A stretch of DNA of 64,000 nucleotides from Ptychomitrium polyphyllum. Its lineage: Eukaryota. The translations under genes and the position numbers were made by a program. Shown piece by piece: positions 1 through 12,383 of this stretch. The stretch's first letter is position 1. Each line of letters begins with the position of its first letter. The notes beneath the pieces are model-generated. The model did not search any database, had not been told where the DNA came from, and was given only the letters and a program-made list of their open reading frames with translations. The DNA lies in the NCBI GenBank assembly GCA_973851085.1, contig OZ316775.1:11222001-11286000 (forward strand), given 5' to 3'.

Positions 1-1500
1 TTTTATGTTGAATGAATTTGGTAGTTGCAAAGACAATAAATTAAGAAGTCAACATTAATTTTTAATTTATTTAATGGAAAGTAGATACGAGACATAACAA
101 GGAAGAAAAGGAATTTATTGAGTACTTTGAATCTTTAGAAAAGACAAATAACCAAGCTATCTTTAACAAGAAGAGTTTGGTATCTTTTGACAATTTTTTG
201 GAATTGATTCTATAAAGAATTGGAAAAAAAATCTTAGATGGAAAATAACACTTGTGGTGTAGTTGGAGGATTTTCTTATAACAAATTCATAGTTTACAAT
301 AAAGATTGTTCCTACTAGCAAGGAAGCTTGAAAATTTTCTAGTTTTATTTAATATTTCTATTAGATTTTACAAACTACATTTTTAGTGAAGATCCTTTAG
401 AAATTCATTCAATGTCTCCAAGTGAAAATTACATTGTAGATGGAGATGCTTAATTAATTGATATAACATTCTTAAGAATCAAAATTAAGACAAGATAAAA
501 AAAATGTTGACTTTGAATTATTATTGGATATAAAACACATTAGAGATAAGTAATTGAATTCTTCATATCTTTCCATTTTTAGTATAAGATCATTAAAGAT
601 GTGCATAACTTTGAAGATGATGAAAAACCAAAGATTGTATTTTATAACCTACACAATTTATAAAAAAATTTAGGAAAATATTAAAAAATATGTACATAAA
701 ATGTTCAAATATCAAAAAAAACCAAATCATATATATGTAATATAAAAATGTGTATTATGCACTATTTTTTAAATTTAGAAGTTTGTTATTTTGATCATTC
801 AATTAGATATCTTCAAATTTGATGCACTTTTATTCAACTTAAATATATTAGATCTATGAAGTTGCATGCTTTTTAAAATAATTAAAACGTAAGTGTTTTT
901 TAACAATAATAATAATGAAAAATTAATATTCAAAATATTAATTTATAATATATCATTAAAAAACGTATTATACAAATCAAAATTATAGATAACAAAATCT
1001 ACTTTTTGAACTATACTTTTAAAATGTTTCTTTGCATTAAAAGAACACAAAAGATTGATTGTTCAATAGAAAGTTGATTTAAGGCTACTTTACATCTTTT
1101 TTTGGAGAAGACAAGATAACCAAAAAAAACATTAAAAAATATAAAATATGGATATTTTAGGTAAGAGATGATCTTTGGAAGAAGATATAAACGTAATGTT
1201 TAATAAAAGATGGCTTCTCCCATGTAAAAGCTCTTGGATCACCATTCCAAATGTCCTTTCAAAAACAATCAATAAAAAAGAAAAATTGGCAATAATTAAT
1301 CCCATATAAGTGGTTTATTCATTCTCATCCACCTTTAAATTGCTTCGTCCATGGAGAAGAGGACAAGGTATAATTCACTCAAACTTTTGACAATTCATAA
1401 TGTTGAATTTTCTAAATATGGGAGAAATCTCTCATGTGCATGAGAGATGACGATTCCAAGACACTCCTTGAAATCAATCCTTTCCTTCAACTTCAAAGCC
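1..1500. mobile_element. AT-rich degenerate transposon-like relic (family not identifiable)
   Basis: Very AT-rich and CpG-poor, with broken coding-like frames interrupted by TAA/TAG (e.g. ~1148-1250 WIF*VRDDLWKKI*T*CLIKDGFSHVKALGSPFQ), consistent with deamination decay. No diagnostic domain recognised. Confidence 0.4.
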
Positions 1501-1997
1501 TATTTTGGTATGCATGTTAAAATTAAAAAATTGAATTGTGATTTATAACCTATGTATGCACCATTGGATTTACCTTTGCCCTTAGTGTGTTTTCTGCCTT
1601 CGAGCGGATTGTGTAATATGCAATTAGCAAGCATGGCAGTGATAGAAAGGATTCAAAATCAGAGGTAGCAAAACGATTATGTGAACTTACCCCACGTATA
1701 AAAGATGGAGTGAAGGCTCCAAGGGTCAAGCACCATGTCCCTGATACACTTTCAAGGAACCAAATGTTTTATTATCGTTCTAGTTCACTTCTAAATAAAC
1801 CGCTGCAAAGTCTCACTAATCTTGCAAACCAATGGATTCACATTGATAAAATTTGCGGAGACTATCACTACTGACCATAATAGTCTGGAGTAAGTATCAA
1901 AGACTGTGTGTGAAAGTATCAAAATTATATTGAGATATTCGCTTGGGCATCTCTGAGGGACATGGTCCCCATAGAGGACACCCTCAAATAAATAAAA

Positions 1998-4900
1998 CTA
2001 TCTCCGTGACTTCTTTCCCGATCTCTTTGGAGGGCCGGGCAGGGTTACAGCGTTTACCATAGCTGCGGGTGTCACTGGGGCTGCCAAGTGTGCCGTCTCA
2101 GGAATGCCAACAGCCCGCTTAACTGCCGGTTGACGTAAAACTGTCGAAACAAATACAACGTTAGCTATACAACTAATGGCGTTAGGAAATGTCAAAAATA
2201 GGAGACACAGTGCAATGCCTGAAGAGTCCGTTCCTATAATACCTGTTCTATGCCAGGAAAATAAAACATAGGTTCCAAACAAAGGATTATGAAGGTAACT
2301 AAACTGGATAGCTTTTATATGTACACAATTATGGTATAGATTATTAAATATTATTAAACGAAAGCATACAGTTACTGGGTAATTAGGGAACCCATGTTCT
2401 TGCCTGTAGTCTGAATTAACGAGCACATGTTCGTTGTGAGCCAGTAACAGAAAAGAGCCTGTAAAATGACATAGACGAAAGTCTAATCAAAATTGGAGGG
2501 CATATAAATTGAACACAACCGTTCAAACAACCTTAACCAAAGAGCGTCAGCATTTTAAGACCTAAAACTATGGGAGAAAAGATATGGTGAAAACAGCCAA
2601 TCATACAAATGTAAGTCTTTCACATATCAAACAAACAACAAACACATGAAAGATTCAATAAGTTCATCCCCACAAGAGCACCCTTGACAACTTACCTTAG
2701 GAAACGTGGCTGTCAGTGGAACAATAAGGACTGCAAATCCCCTAAAGAACATCTTCATCTTTCCAATCATTGGCTGACCTTGCATGCCATCCATAGCTCC
2801 TAGCTATAATTCAAATTTAATCATCAGTATGAGCACAAGGTCACACATTGAAGAATACAAGCCACGACAAAAGATAATGGAAACAAAATTCAGTACAGAT
2901 CACCTCAATAGTTGCAAGAGTAAACAGTCCACTCATAACGGGGAGGATGAAGTAGGGATCGGCAGTGGTTAGATCAGTAAACCACAAGGCACCTCCTTCT
3001 TTGAATGAGGGAACTTTTTCAGCCATATTCCGTATCTGCAACCAGTCACAGTAAATAGATATCAGCAACCTAGATGCCTCGGCTGGACCTAAACATTTCA
3101 AACGTGATCAAGCTTATAAATAAATCTCCAAAACTGCGACCCAAGCTCTTCGTACTGACCACACAACACTAGCGCCAATATCAGTATCTAATCCAAACAT
3201 CAACAAATATGACTTACCGCAAAGAAAAAACTAATGAAAAGAGGAGCTTGTACAAATGCTCCCATCAACGGCATAAATGGATTTGTTTTGTGTCTGCACA
3301 AGAATATGCACGGACATAATTAGAAATAAATTAAAAATTTCTAAGGATACCTTTAAGCGTACAATGGTTGAGCCTAAGTATGAAAAAAACATATTTTTGG
3401 TCATCTCTCCACATAATCGGCAGCAAGAATAAAATAAAACACACATTAACCAAGGAAAAGGTTGTAAGAAATTACTGTGCAAAAAGCTCCTTCATTCGTT
3501 TCTGATGTACTGCAGTAACCTTGGGATCGTAACCCTGCAAATAGAGCAGAAACCAATTCTCCTCAATAGACTCCAGTGGATCCGTTGAGATATTTCTAAA
3601 GGGAGCCTTAGGACCTAGTTCACAGCATTCCATCAACAAGCTAGACAGTTTAAAGCCGTCGGATTGGTTATTTAACCCTTCCCGTCAAATATATCATGCT
3701 CTCTAAAAAACCTAACACAATCAAAGAGTAAAAGGAAGATGGCAATCGTACGCTTTCTTTGATAGTGTTGGTGATACGTTCCAGCTCTGGTCTCATTATC
3801 TGCACAACAAATATGCAAAGCGGTGATGCAACTAGAAAAAATAATTATGTGAAGAGTTGCTACGATACACACGCACAGTTACAACGCCTGAAATCGCAAC
3901 AATGATCTATAGTTCTTGGTATCCTGGGCAACAAAGTTAGAAGTAAATGTAAGCAAAGGAACAAGAACATAATCTCACCGACAAACGGGCTGTGGCTTTC
4001 ATTTGAAAAATAAGAACTGGCAACACCATAACCCTGATTGCCACTGTGGTGGCAGCTATCGACAACCACCTGTCACTCAAAGTTACACAGTTATTTTCAA
4101 ACCTCAAAAATGCACACAATACACAATCAGTCCGTACAACGTAATAACCCCAAAACTGTGCAAACTGCAGCAAAACAACGGGATTCTTCACACCATCCCA
4201 ATCACCAAAGGACAAACTTCCGCAACTCATAGCTCAGAATTAATGTACATAAGAAAAGACAAGAAGGATTTCTGTAAGCTAGGAAAACCATAGAACCAAA
4301 CACAAAATATAACTAATAACATCGTAGGCTAGCTAAATGCACGATGATCGCATGTCGTTTAAACACCATAGAAGCCTAAAAGCTCCTCGTAAAGAAAACA
4401 TGTTCAACATTAGCGCAACTCAAGACAAACCCTAAACTCTAAGCCCTAGGACATTCTCAAAATTCCCAGAAACGTTGCTACAATAGTAAATACGGCCCTG
4501 AACTAAAAAGGAGAAAGACAGATTTTTTTAAATGTCGCACCAAGGCAAGCCTCCTTGCGTATGAACGTAATCAATAAGATGCTGCAATGCGGCGGTCGGG
4601 GCTGAACAATCAGCTGTGGCCGCGGCCACTTCACTCAATGACGACGTCCCTGCGCTAATCACCTGGTCCGCTCCTACAGCAACATCAGCCTGAACAGTGT
4701 CCCCTGCCTCCGCCTCCACAAAGTGCAACCCGGTCGCCATAGCCTCGGTGCTCGCATACCGCACACCCCAGTGCTGATTCGCAAACCCTGATCCATACCT
4801 ACACCTGGACTGACACCCTAATCCTCCCCCGATCGTCAAACTCCCCCAATCCATCTCTCTCGCGGACGTCGACTCATTCGGCCGAACCGATCGGCTGAAA

Positions 4901-5172
4901 GCACTTTCCTCCTCATCGTCCTTGTAACAATGAGGCACCTTCTCCTGAGTAGGCAAGCAGGCACCGCTGCAGGCAGGCGAAAAGTCATAATGGCTCTGAA
5001 GATGAGCGCCAGGGAGCCAGAGTGAGAGACCGGAAGCAGAAAATAAACGCAGAATGGAAACAGAGAGGGGCGAGAGAGAGGGGGAGCGTGGCTAGACTGA
5101 CCTGGTGCGGAGATAGCGTGTGCATGAGCCGTTGGTGCTGCGGTGCAGACGGCGCACCAGGGCAGCGGCCAT
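1998..5172 (-). CDS. OXA1: Mitochondrial inner-membrane insertase OXA1 (YidC/Oxa1/Alb3 family), 10 coding exons
   Basis: Spliced exons give a presequence MAAALVRRLHRS (ATG 5172, exon 1 5172-5102), exon 2 from 4966 (..LQHLIDYVHTQGGLPW), then WLSIAATTVAIRVMVLP, IMRPELERI, HKTNPFMPLMGAFVQAPLFISFFFA, IRNMAEKVPSFKEGGALWFTDLTTADPYFILP, FPKALFCYWLTTN; last exon 2140-1998. These are typical Oxa1 motifs. Confidence 0.93.
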
Positions 5173-5299
5173 GGCGAGGAAACCCTAGTTGCGCTTCATA
5201 CAACGACGACGGTGACGGAAAAACAACGACAAGAGCGAGTCTGTCAAGGTTTGAGACTCAGCTTCAATGTCTCATAAACGTTTGTTACGATACCCGCTC

Positions 5300-5580
5300 T
5301 ATTATCATCAAGATATCATACGATTATAACTATAGTATCTGACGGTTATCGGGTTGGTTATCGGATGGCTACTAGGCGGTTAACGAGAGAGAGTCTGTAA
5401 AGGCTCGCAGGCTTGACCGTCATCAGCTTCAGTTCGAAGAGTGAAAATCTCGGAGGAGTCTCGAGTGTGGTGCTCTCACTCACGGAGCGCTGTGGACACG
5501 TTCCCCGAGTAGTATAGGAGTATCACACAAGTATCGTAGGAGTTTTGTATGAGTATTTACTGGTTATCAAGTGGACATTT
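5300..5580 (-). promoter_or_regulatory. 11-bp-phased GTATC/TTATC motif array upstream of OXA1 (function unknown)
   Basis: Motif or variants at 5302, 5313, 5324, 5335, 5346, 5358, 5380 and at 5509, 5520, 5531, 5542, 5553, 5564, 5575. The regulatory role is inferred from position only. Confidence 0.6.
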
Positions 5581-5769
5581 TGGATGGCGGCGGATGGGAA
5601 CGCACTTGAGAAGGGTGGCTTTGGGCACACTCAGCCTGCAGTGCACTTACTGGTGAAGTTGGGGCCCGAGCTGCCAGTGTCAAATGGGCACTTGGGGAAC
5701 AGTTCCGTTCGCCAGTTGAAACTACTAAGGACCGCCTTACACCTTCACCCGGCGCCCACTCTGCCATAT

Positions 5770-7300
5770 TTAGGAAAAAATAGCAATATGGTGACTTGAA
5801 GTTTTGAGTTCTCTAGTAAGATTTTACACCTTGTCCTGTTGTTTAGAAGAGAAGTAATTTGAAGATGGATGAGAAAATCTATTGGTTGCTTATATGGCAT
5901 CAATTGTTGCCATAAAATTTTATCTTATTGATTGTTTTTAGGAGGGCACTTGGAATGGCAATTCAAAAATTTATACATGGAAGAAACCTCCTATCATTAA
6001 ACATTACTATAAGTCTTCCCATATCTTCTTGCGGATTGAAATTTTTGTTTCTTAAGGAATAATATAAGGTTGCTTTATGAGTGCTATTCTTTTGGAATCT
6101 TTTGTGCCTACCAAATCTTTTGTGGTTACCAAACCTATAGATGTGAGGTTCTAGAAAATTTACAGAATTACCTCTAAGTGCTCTTATTAATTAGAAGATA
6201 TTATTATTTCTTTTAGAAAATAAAAATATTAATTTTTTAAATTTAAAACAATTGTTCTATGAAGACTAGGAAAGAAAAGAAGAAGAGAATTCCAAACTTA
6301 CAATGCTTTAGACTTAGAAATAAGTTATTTGAATGTGAATATTGAAGAAGTTTCATGTAGTCAATATTTTTATCAAAATCATAGTAAAATTCTTTTTAAT
6401 CTTTAAAAAAATTGATGTTGATAAAGATTTTGTTCTTGCTAGGCATTAGCCTTATATCCACATGATATAGAAATTAAAGGTTTAAGATTTTAAGTTAAAA
6501 AGAATTTTTTTTAAAACAAGAAATTATTAGACTAAATTTATTTTAGTTCTTAAAACTAAATTAGATATACTTGGATCATTTTAAAATGTCCTTATAAAAA
6601 TTGCAATAATTTTGCTTAAATATATGATAAGTTGAAATAAATTTGATGTTCAATAAAATTTAAGATGAATACAAATTTTAATTGTACATATAAAAAAATG
6701 ACAAATATATATTTTTTAAAATCAAAAGAAGAGTTAATTAATTTTGAAAGTAGTCAAATACTAGAAAAATCATACATAATTTTTAATGTATCATTTGTAT
6801 GTATGTTGTGAATTTTTAAAAAATGTTCATTATGATTATATTTAAAATTATTCTTTGAAATGAATCCAGTTAAAACTATATCTAATTGGCATGTTAATAT
6901 TTGGTCCATATTAGGCAAAGATGTTTTCACATGAAGATAATACAATGATAATAATCATATGTTATTTAATATTTAAGCCTCTGTGGATGATAAATAAATT
7001 TTTGTGTAAAAAGAAAGTGTCTAGATAGAAATTACAGTTTCATTATTATTGTGTGATAGTTAAAGTGAACTTTAGGTTCATTTCATAATATAATACACAG
7101 ATAACTCAATTATCTTGAAAAACGAATAGATGAATGAAGTTTTAATCAGACTCTACGTAGATGTAAGGATAATCTGCTCAACATCCATGTACACCAGTAG
7201 ACAATGGAGATTGAGGGGTTGATGTTTTCAACTAAAACTTTTCAGTTTAGCTTTGAGAAGGATGTAAGGCGTTAAAATGGATTGAATTATTGCAATTATC
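5770..7300. mobile_element. AT-rich degenerate transposon-like relic
   Basis: Abrupt shift to very high AT, CpG depletion, only fragmentary ORFs (e.g. 6754-6945). Confidence 0.4.
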
Positions 7301-7844
7301 CACTTCATTACTGCACCTCCATTACTATAGATATCCTTTCCATTTTAACCTCCAGAAGCTGTGAGAAAGGCCTAAAATAAGGTAATCAATAACATGCCAT
7401 TGAACTTCCCCCACCAAGTGGGCATGACATAGTGCAGAGTTCAAGGAGATCAGAACCGCAAAGGATGGGATTAACCATGTTGTTTCCAGTGCCCCGCCGC
7501 CAGGCACGCAACACCTAAAACCGTCACAATTGCCATTTACATGTTTACCTGACGTACATATATAGCGCTGGAATCCTCATAATTCATATACTTATTAGTG
7601 ACGCGAATGGCCGTTTCATAAGGGTAGACTAACTCAACTGTGTTATGACTCCATCTACTTGACGGGTACATTTGAAGATATTTTAACTCTACGAATTTCA
7701 TAGATATGAGATACATAACCAAAACTGTCGAAGTACCCGAAAACTATAGTCTATACTTTCGGCTCACGTTGGATCGTCTTAAATTTTTAAGGAGGGTAGA
7801 TGTTACCGCTTCTGCAATCAGCGTTGGTTCTGTGTATACATCCC

Positions 7845-8425
7845 GTTGTGTTGCCTTTAGGTTTGTACCTTCCAATAGGTCCAATGGAGGCAACGCCAGG
7901 CTTGTGTCTGTAATCTACTATGAGCTTAAATGAGATCAGGCTTTGTGCTCAGTCTTTACAAAGAGATAGACAAAGTTGAGGCTTTTCAATTATGTTGCCT
8001 CTGGGTAGAGTCTCGCCACTGTGTGCGTCCTCCAATGCCTTGCAAGGAAGGTTTTTGTTCAAAGTCCTCAAAAGGAATAGATACTGTATCCGTCTTGTGC
8101 GCTCCCCCAATGCCGTACAAAGGCGGCCCTAGCCAGGCTTGTGACTGAAATCTAAACACGGCAGAGACAAGTCTAAAATTGTGTCTGGAATCTAAAATAC
8201 ATAAAGACAGTGTTGTTGGAAAGAGTATCGCTTTCTGGAAAAACAGTGTTGCCTTTAAGGCAAGTCTCCCCCGATGGCCTGCAAGGTAGCCTACCACATG
8301 CTTACGACCAAAAATCTACATTCGAGCTAGATATCGATGCTTGAAGGTATAGTGTCGCTTTTGAATGCGCTCCTCCAGTGCAACGAACGCTTGCGTCTGC
8401 AACAGTGTCTACACCAGGCATGGAC
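7845..8425 (+). repeat. Degenerate internal repeats upstream of the yippee gene
   Basis: gccaggcttgtgtctgtaatcta (~7895) vs gccaggcttgtgactgaaatcta (~8132); gtgcgtcctccaatgcc (~8023) vs gtgcgctcccccaatgcc (~8097) vs atgcgctcctccagtgc (~8365); repeated tgttgcct/tgtcgctt. Confidence 0.65.
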
Positions 8426-8639
8426 CGTGTTGACGCCTTCGGGGTAGAGTATTGTCTTTTGGTACCCCGATGCAATGTTGGTCTATAGGGTCTACAACAC
8501 TAATAGATAAAGGGCAGGCTTCTTTCTAAAGTCTACAGAAAAGAGAAACTGCAGCTTGATTGGGCGGAGTGTCTCCTTTGGGTGCAGTAGCGCGTTTGAG
8601 AGGTGACGCATTTGGGGGATATTCCCCCAAAGCCGTGCA

Positions 8640-8712
8640 AGGCAGGCAACCAGGCAGGCAGGCATGCAGGCAGGCAGAGGCAGAGGCAGAGGCAGAGGCA
8701 GAGGCAGAGGGA
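8640..8712 (+). repeat. Compound microsatellite (GGCA)n-(GGCAGA)n
   Basis: Directly visible just upstream of the CT-rich leader of the yippee gene. Confidence 0.9.
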
Positions 8713-9074
8713 GGCAGGTTTGCTGTGGCATTGTGATGGCCAGGCCTTCCATTCCTTGAGGAATGTTCATTTTTCTTCTTCATCCTGCCTTCACCAGTTT
8801 TTTCCATTCTGGAGCTTCGTCTCTCATCTCTCATCTGTGTCTATGTGCTCGTCTCTCTCCTCTGAATTGTCATCTTGCGCTTCTCTCCTCTGTAAACCTC
8901 TCGTGCCTGCGTCACGCCACCACGCACCTTCGTGGACTGAGGGTAGTTCTCTCGTCTCTCGTGGAGGTACTTCTCTTCGTGGACATGGGAGGTGCAATTG
9001 GCGGAGGGACCGGAACTTCTGTTGCTGCTGCCAGGTTGGGGCCAACTCCTTCTGGGATGTGGGTGCATGTGTGG

Positions 9075-9110
9075 GGATGGTGGAGATGGTGATGGTGATG
9101 GTGATGGTGG
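9075..9110 (+). repeat. (GATGGT)n microsatellite
   Basis: Directly visible in the predicted first leader intron. Confidence 0.85.
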
Positions 9111-10431
9111 GAGTTTTTTCGGTATGGGTGTTTGTGGTGGCGGATGTTCGTGTTGGATTCCGTTTTGGCATGTAATTTGGAACTGATCTTGCTGTGTGTG
9201 GGTTGGGTGTCTATGGGTTGGTTTTGGAGGCCGGAATTGAGAGGCTATGGCTTTGTTGCGATGGGTCATTCATTTTATCTCCCAGTTTCGTGGTTGTGGT
9301 TAGTTAGTAATCGTCGTCATCTCTACGTTTGTGGGGCCTCGGTGGCGTGCCTTTGACGCATAGAATTGCGGTTTTGAGCTTCGCATTTGACGTGAACGTG
9401 GCTGGAGTGCGGAGGAGGAATTGGTTGGTAGCGTGAATTGCCTTAGGACTTTCTTCGATGAGCATGGTGGTTTATGTCTTTTCTTGACATACTTCTATTT
9501 GTGCGTGAAAATTTGACGCGAGTTTGTAGGACCTGAACGTTCTATAATCCAGGTTAAATTTCCTTTCGAACACTCCTCGAACTTGTTTTCTGTGGGTGTA
9601 TCACTTGGCATGTCTTGGTTTCATATCAGTGCTGAGCCTTCGGATTGTCTTGTGGCAGTGTATGCTTTTCATGTCTACCTTCGACATAGTTGAGACGTCT
9701 TGTGAAGAGCTTGTGGTCTGAATTGAGTCTATTTTCATGTGTTTCCATGTCTCTGTCGTCTTTTAACAGGCTAATGTTGACATCTGCTTTAGATGTAAGT
9801 TCAGCCAGGAGTGGCGTGCTTTACAATGTGATCTAATTTTTGTAGATTATAGCTTCTGTCCTCATGCACTTTTTTTGTGATATGGGGTTGATCTTGGTCA
9901 ATCAGATTTGGATTCATTTGACTTTACCTGTTTTCACGGTCTGCTTTTCCGGGTCACGTAGGAGCAAGGTTTACGGAAGGTTACATTGTGAGGAGTGCCT
10001 GTAGATGGTGTGTTCCAGCCAGCGCGTGATGCCTCCATCCGTGGGCTTTGCTAGGAATCAATCGAATTTCAAACCTCTCGACCTTCGTTCAGTTAGGGGT
10101 GTCGTTACTTCACGTCTTAGCATCACTTGAACGGCTGCTCATGTTTAATGTGTGTCTGTTGTACTTGTCAAATTGATGGACAATTTCAGATCGTAGCAAC
10201 AATCTGTGTACTTCTTTCTTGCATAATGTAATTTGTGAGCTTCAAATTAGCTGCTTAGCCATATTCTTCTGCCATTTTGTCTCGTTCTCCTACTGAAAGT
10301 GCCTTTATTGAGAACGTTGTTTCTTCATGGTATCCTTACCAGCAGGAGACAGTCCTGACATTCGACGTTGAGGATTAGAGCGAAAGGTTTTTATAACAAG
10401 AGTCCAGATAGAAGAAAGGAGAGGCGACATT

Positions 10432-11974
10432 ATGGGCCGGTTGTATTTGATACAGTTGGACGGGCGTATCTACAGCTGCCGGCATTGCCGCAGCCACTTG
10501 GCTCAGTGTGACGAGCTTGTCTCGAAGGTGTGGGCTTCAATCTTCCACATCCTTCTGATTGCCTGCTATATTTTGCAATTGAAGTTTGTGGTACCTGCTG
10601 TCTCTTTCGAAATACAACTCTGAATGCTTTAATGTGACACATCTTATCTAGGGTTTATACTACACCTGCCTTAGCACTCTCTTGTTGTTCTTGTTGTTCC
10701 GTGCGCTGTGTGTAGGCGTTTCACTCTCGACATGGGAAGGCATACCTATTCAATACTGTGTAACTACCTATCCCGTCCTTCTAATGTCTTCTTTAGTCGA
10801 TGACATCATCTTGCAAAATTTGGTTCAGTTTTAGTGAGCATAGATTTCAAAGAAAGTCTTTATAAGTATTGGTGCTTTTGAAATGTCTATGTAAGAAGAG
10901 GAGAATAGCTTCAAATCACGCTTGTGTAGGCAGTAAATACCTTTCAACATACCGTACCGTTTAAATTAACATCTTAGATGCATGCAATCAGGAAGACGTT
11001 TTCAAATTCCTGTTCTGGCTGCTTGAAAAGTACGCGGTATCAGATGTGAAATTCCTGGTTTCTGCACGTTTTGTAGTCTGAGTAGAGCGTCTTGAAAATT
11101 ACAGGGTGAACGTGTCTGTCGGGCCACTAGAGGATCGAATGATGACTACAGGCAAACACACGGTGGCTGATATCTTCTGCAACAGTTGCCAGCAAGTTGT
11201 GGGCTGGAAATATGTAATGCTTCTAAGCCACACTTCACCTTTGTTCCTGCAAGTGACAATCCTCTGTTTGCAAGTGCTCATGTTCCCCTGTAGATTTAGC
11301 ACACGTTGAGTAAGAATCGAGTATGATATTGATGTTCTCTAGTTGAGGACTTTCGTTGCAGTCCTTCCCCGGTGATTGTATTCAGATTTGAGCTCGAGGG
11401 TTATACAAGCTTTTGGTCTGCGACGCACGATATTCACCGGATAGTAGTATTAACTTGAGTTTCTCAGAGCGTGCTTTTGGAACGACCTGGGATATTTTCT
11501 AGGTGTATCTGCCCTGTTGTGAAGGAAATTCAAAAAAGCTCCTTTTTGCCGAATTTGTGGGATTGTTCTTTTGAAGCTGGTAAGGTTGGACGTCCGTGCT
11601 CTTGATTTCAAGGAGAGGGTCTAACCTGAGTATTGGTTTGAGCAGGAAGTGGCGTATGAGAAGAGTCAGAAATACAAAGAGGGCAAGTTCATTCTTGAGC
11701 GGTATGCCCTGCTCCCTAGTTAGAAACCCCCGAAGAACCTGTTAGGTATACTCGTGTAGGTATATTAATCCCATGGCGCATTTTGGAAGTCTGTTGATTG
11801 ATTCAAGATCATGAACAATTACATGAATCATGGGAGATTCTTTGTGAAGAATAAGTGGCAAATTGTTGTGGTTCTTAGTTGGAACACCTGTCAATCGTTA
11901 TCTGAAACAGAATTAAGATGATTGATGGTGACGGCGGGGACCAATTCCCAATCAGCGACGGAGACGATGAATAA
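10432..11974 (+). CDS. Yippee-like (YPEL) zinc-binding protein, 5 coding exons
   Basis: Exons 10432-10527, ~10716-10759, ~11105-11213, ~11646-11701, 11911-11974 give [96 protein letters not shown], with both CxxC pairs. Confidence 0.95.
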
Positions 11975-12338
11975 CCCGTCATGCTCACAGCGTTCTAAGC
12001 ATCCCATGGCGCCGCATATTTCTCAAATTGCTGTTTGGCCCATACTGCAAACCAAGACCTAGGCAACTAGACCTCTTATTAATCTGTTGCGGTTTTCCCG
12101 TTTACTCTTGTTTATTTGTAAAACCTAATAATCCATTTCGTAGACATGGCACAGCGCAAACAAAGCGCTGCATGAAGTTGGATAAAACACTTGTGGAACT
12201 TGTACAAACTTGCAATGGCTAGTGTGCAGCTCTAGTAGCAGCACTGACATTGATCATGTACATACTTTTTCTTTTCGAAGTTCTTGAATGTGAAATTATT
12301 TTTCAGTCTTATCCTTACTCATTATTCTCGACCTTGTT

Positions 12339-12383
12339 GATCTTAGTTTCTCCGTGTGGATCTTAGTTTCTCCGTGTGGATCT
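12339..12383 (+). repeat. 20-bp tandem duplication
   Basis: gatcttagtttctccgtgtg occurs twice in perfect tandem. Confidence 0.9.

Noticed and set aside
8492..9356. Cluster of overlapping ORFs on both strands
   Set aside because: Arise from microsatellites and GC-rich leader/intron sequence; only the ATG 8843 uORF is kept as a candidate.
10330..10337. GTATCCTT, a U12-type 5' splice-site consensus
   Set aside because: Lies within the pyrimidine tract of an ordinary acceptor; no matching downstream U12 branch point seen, and all yippee coding introns are GT-AG.
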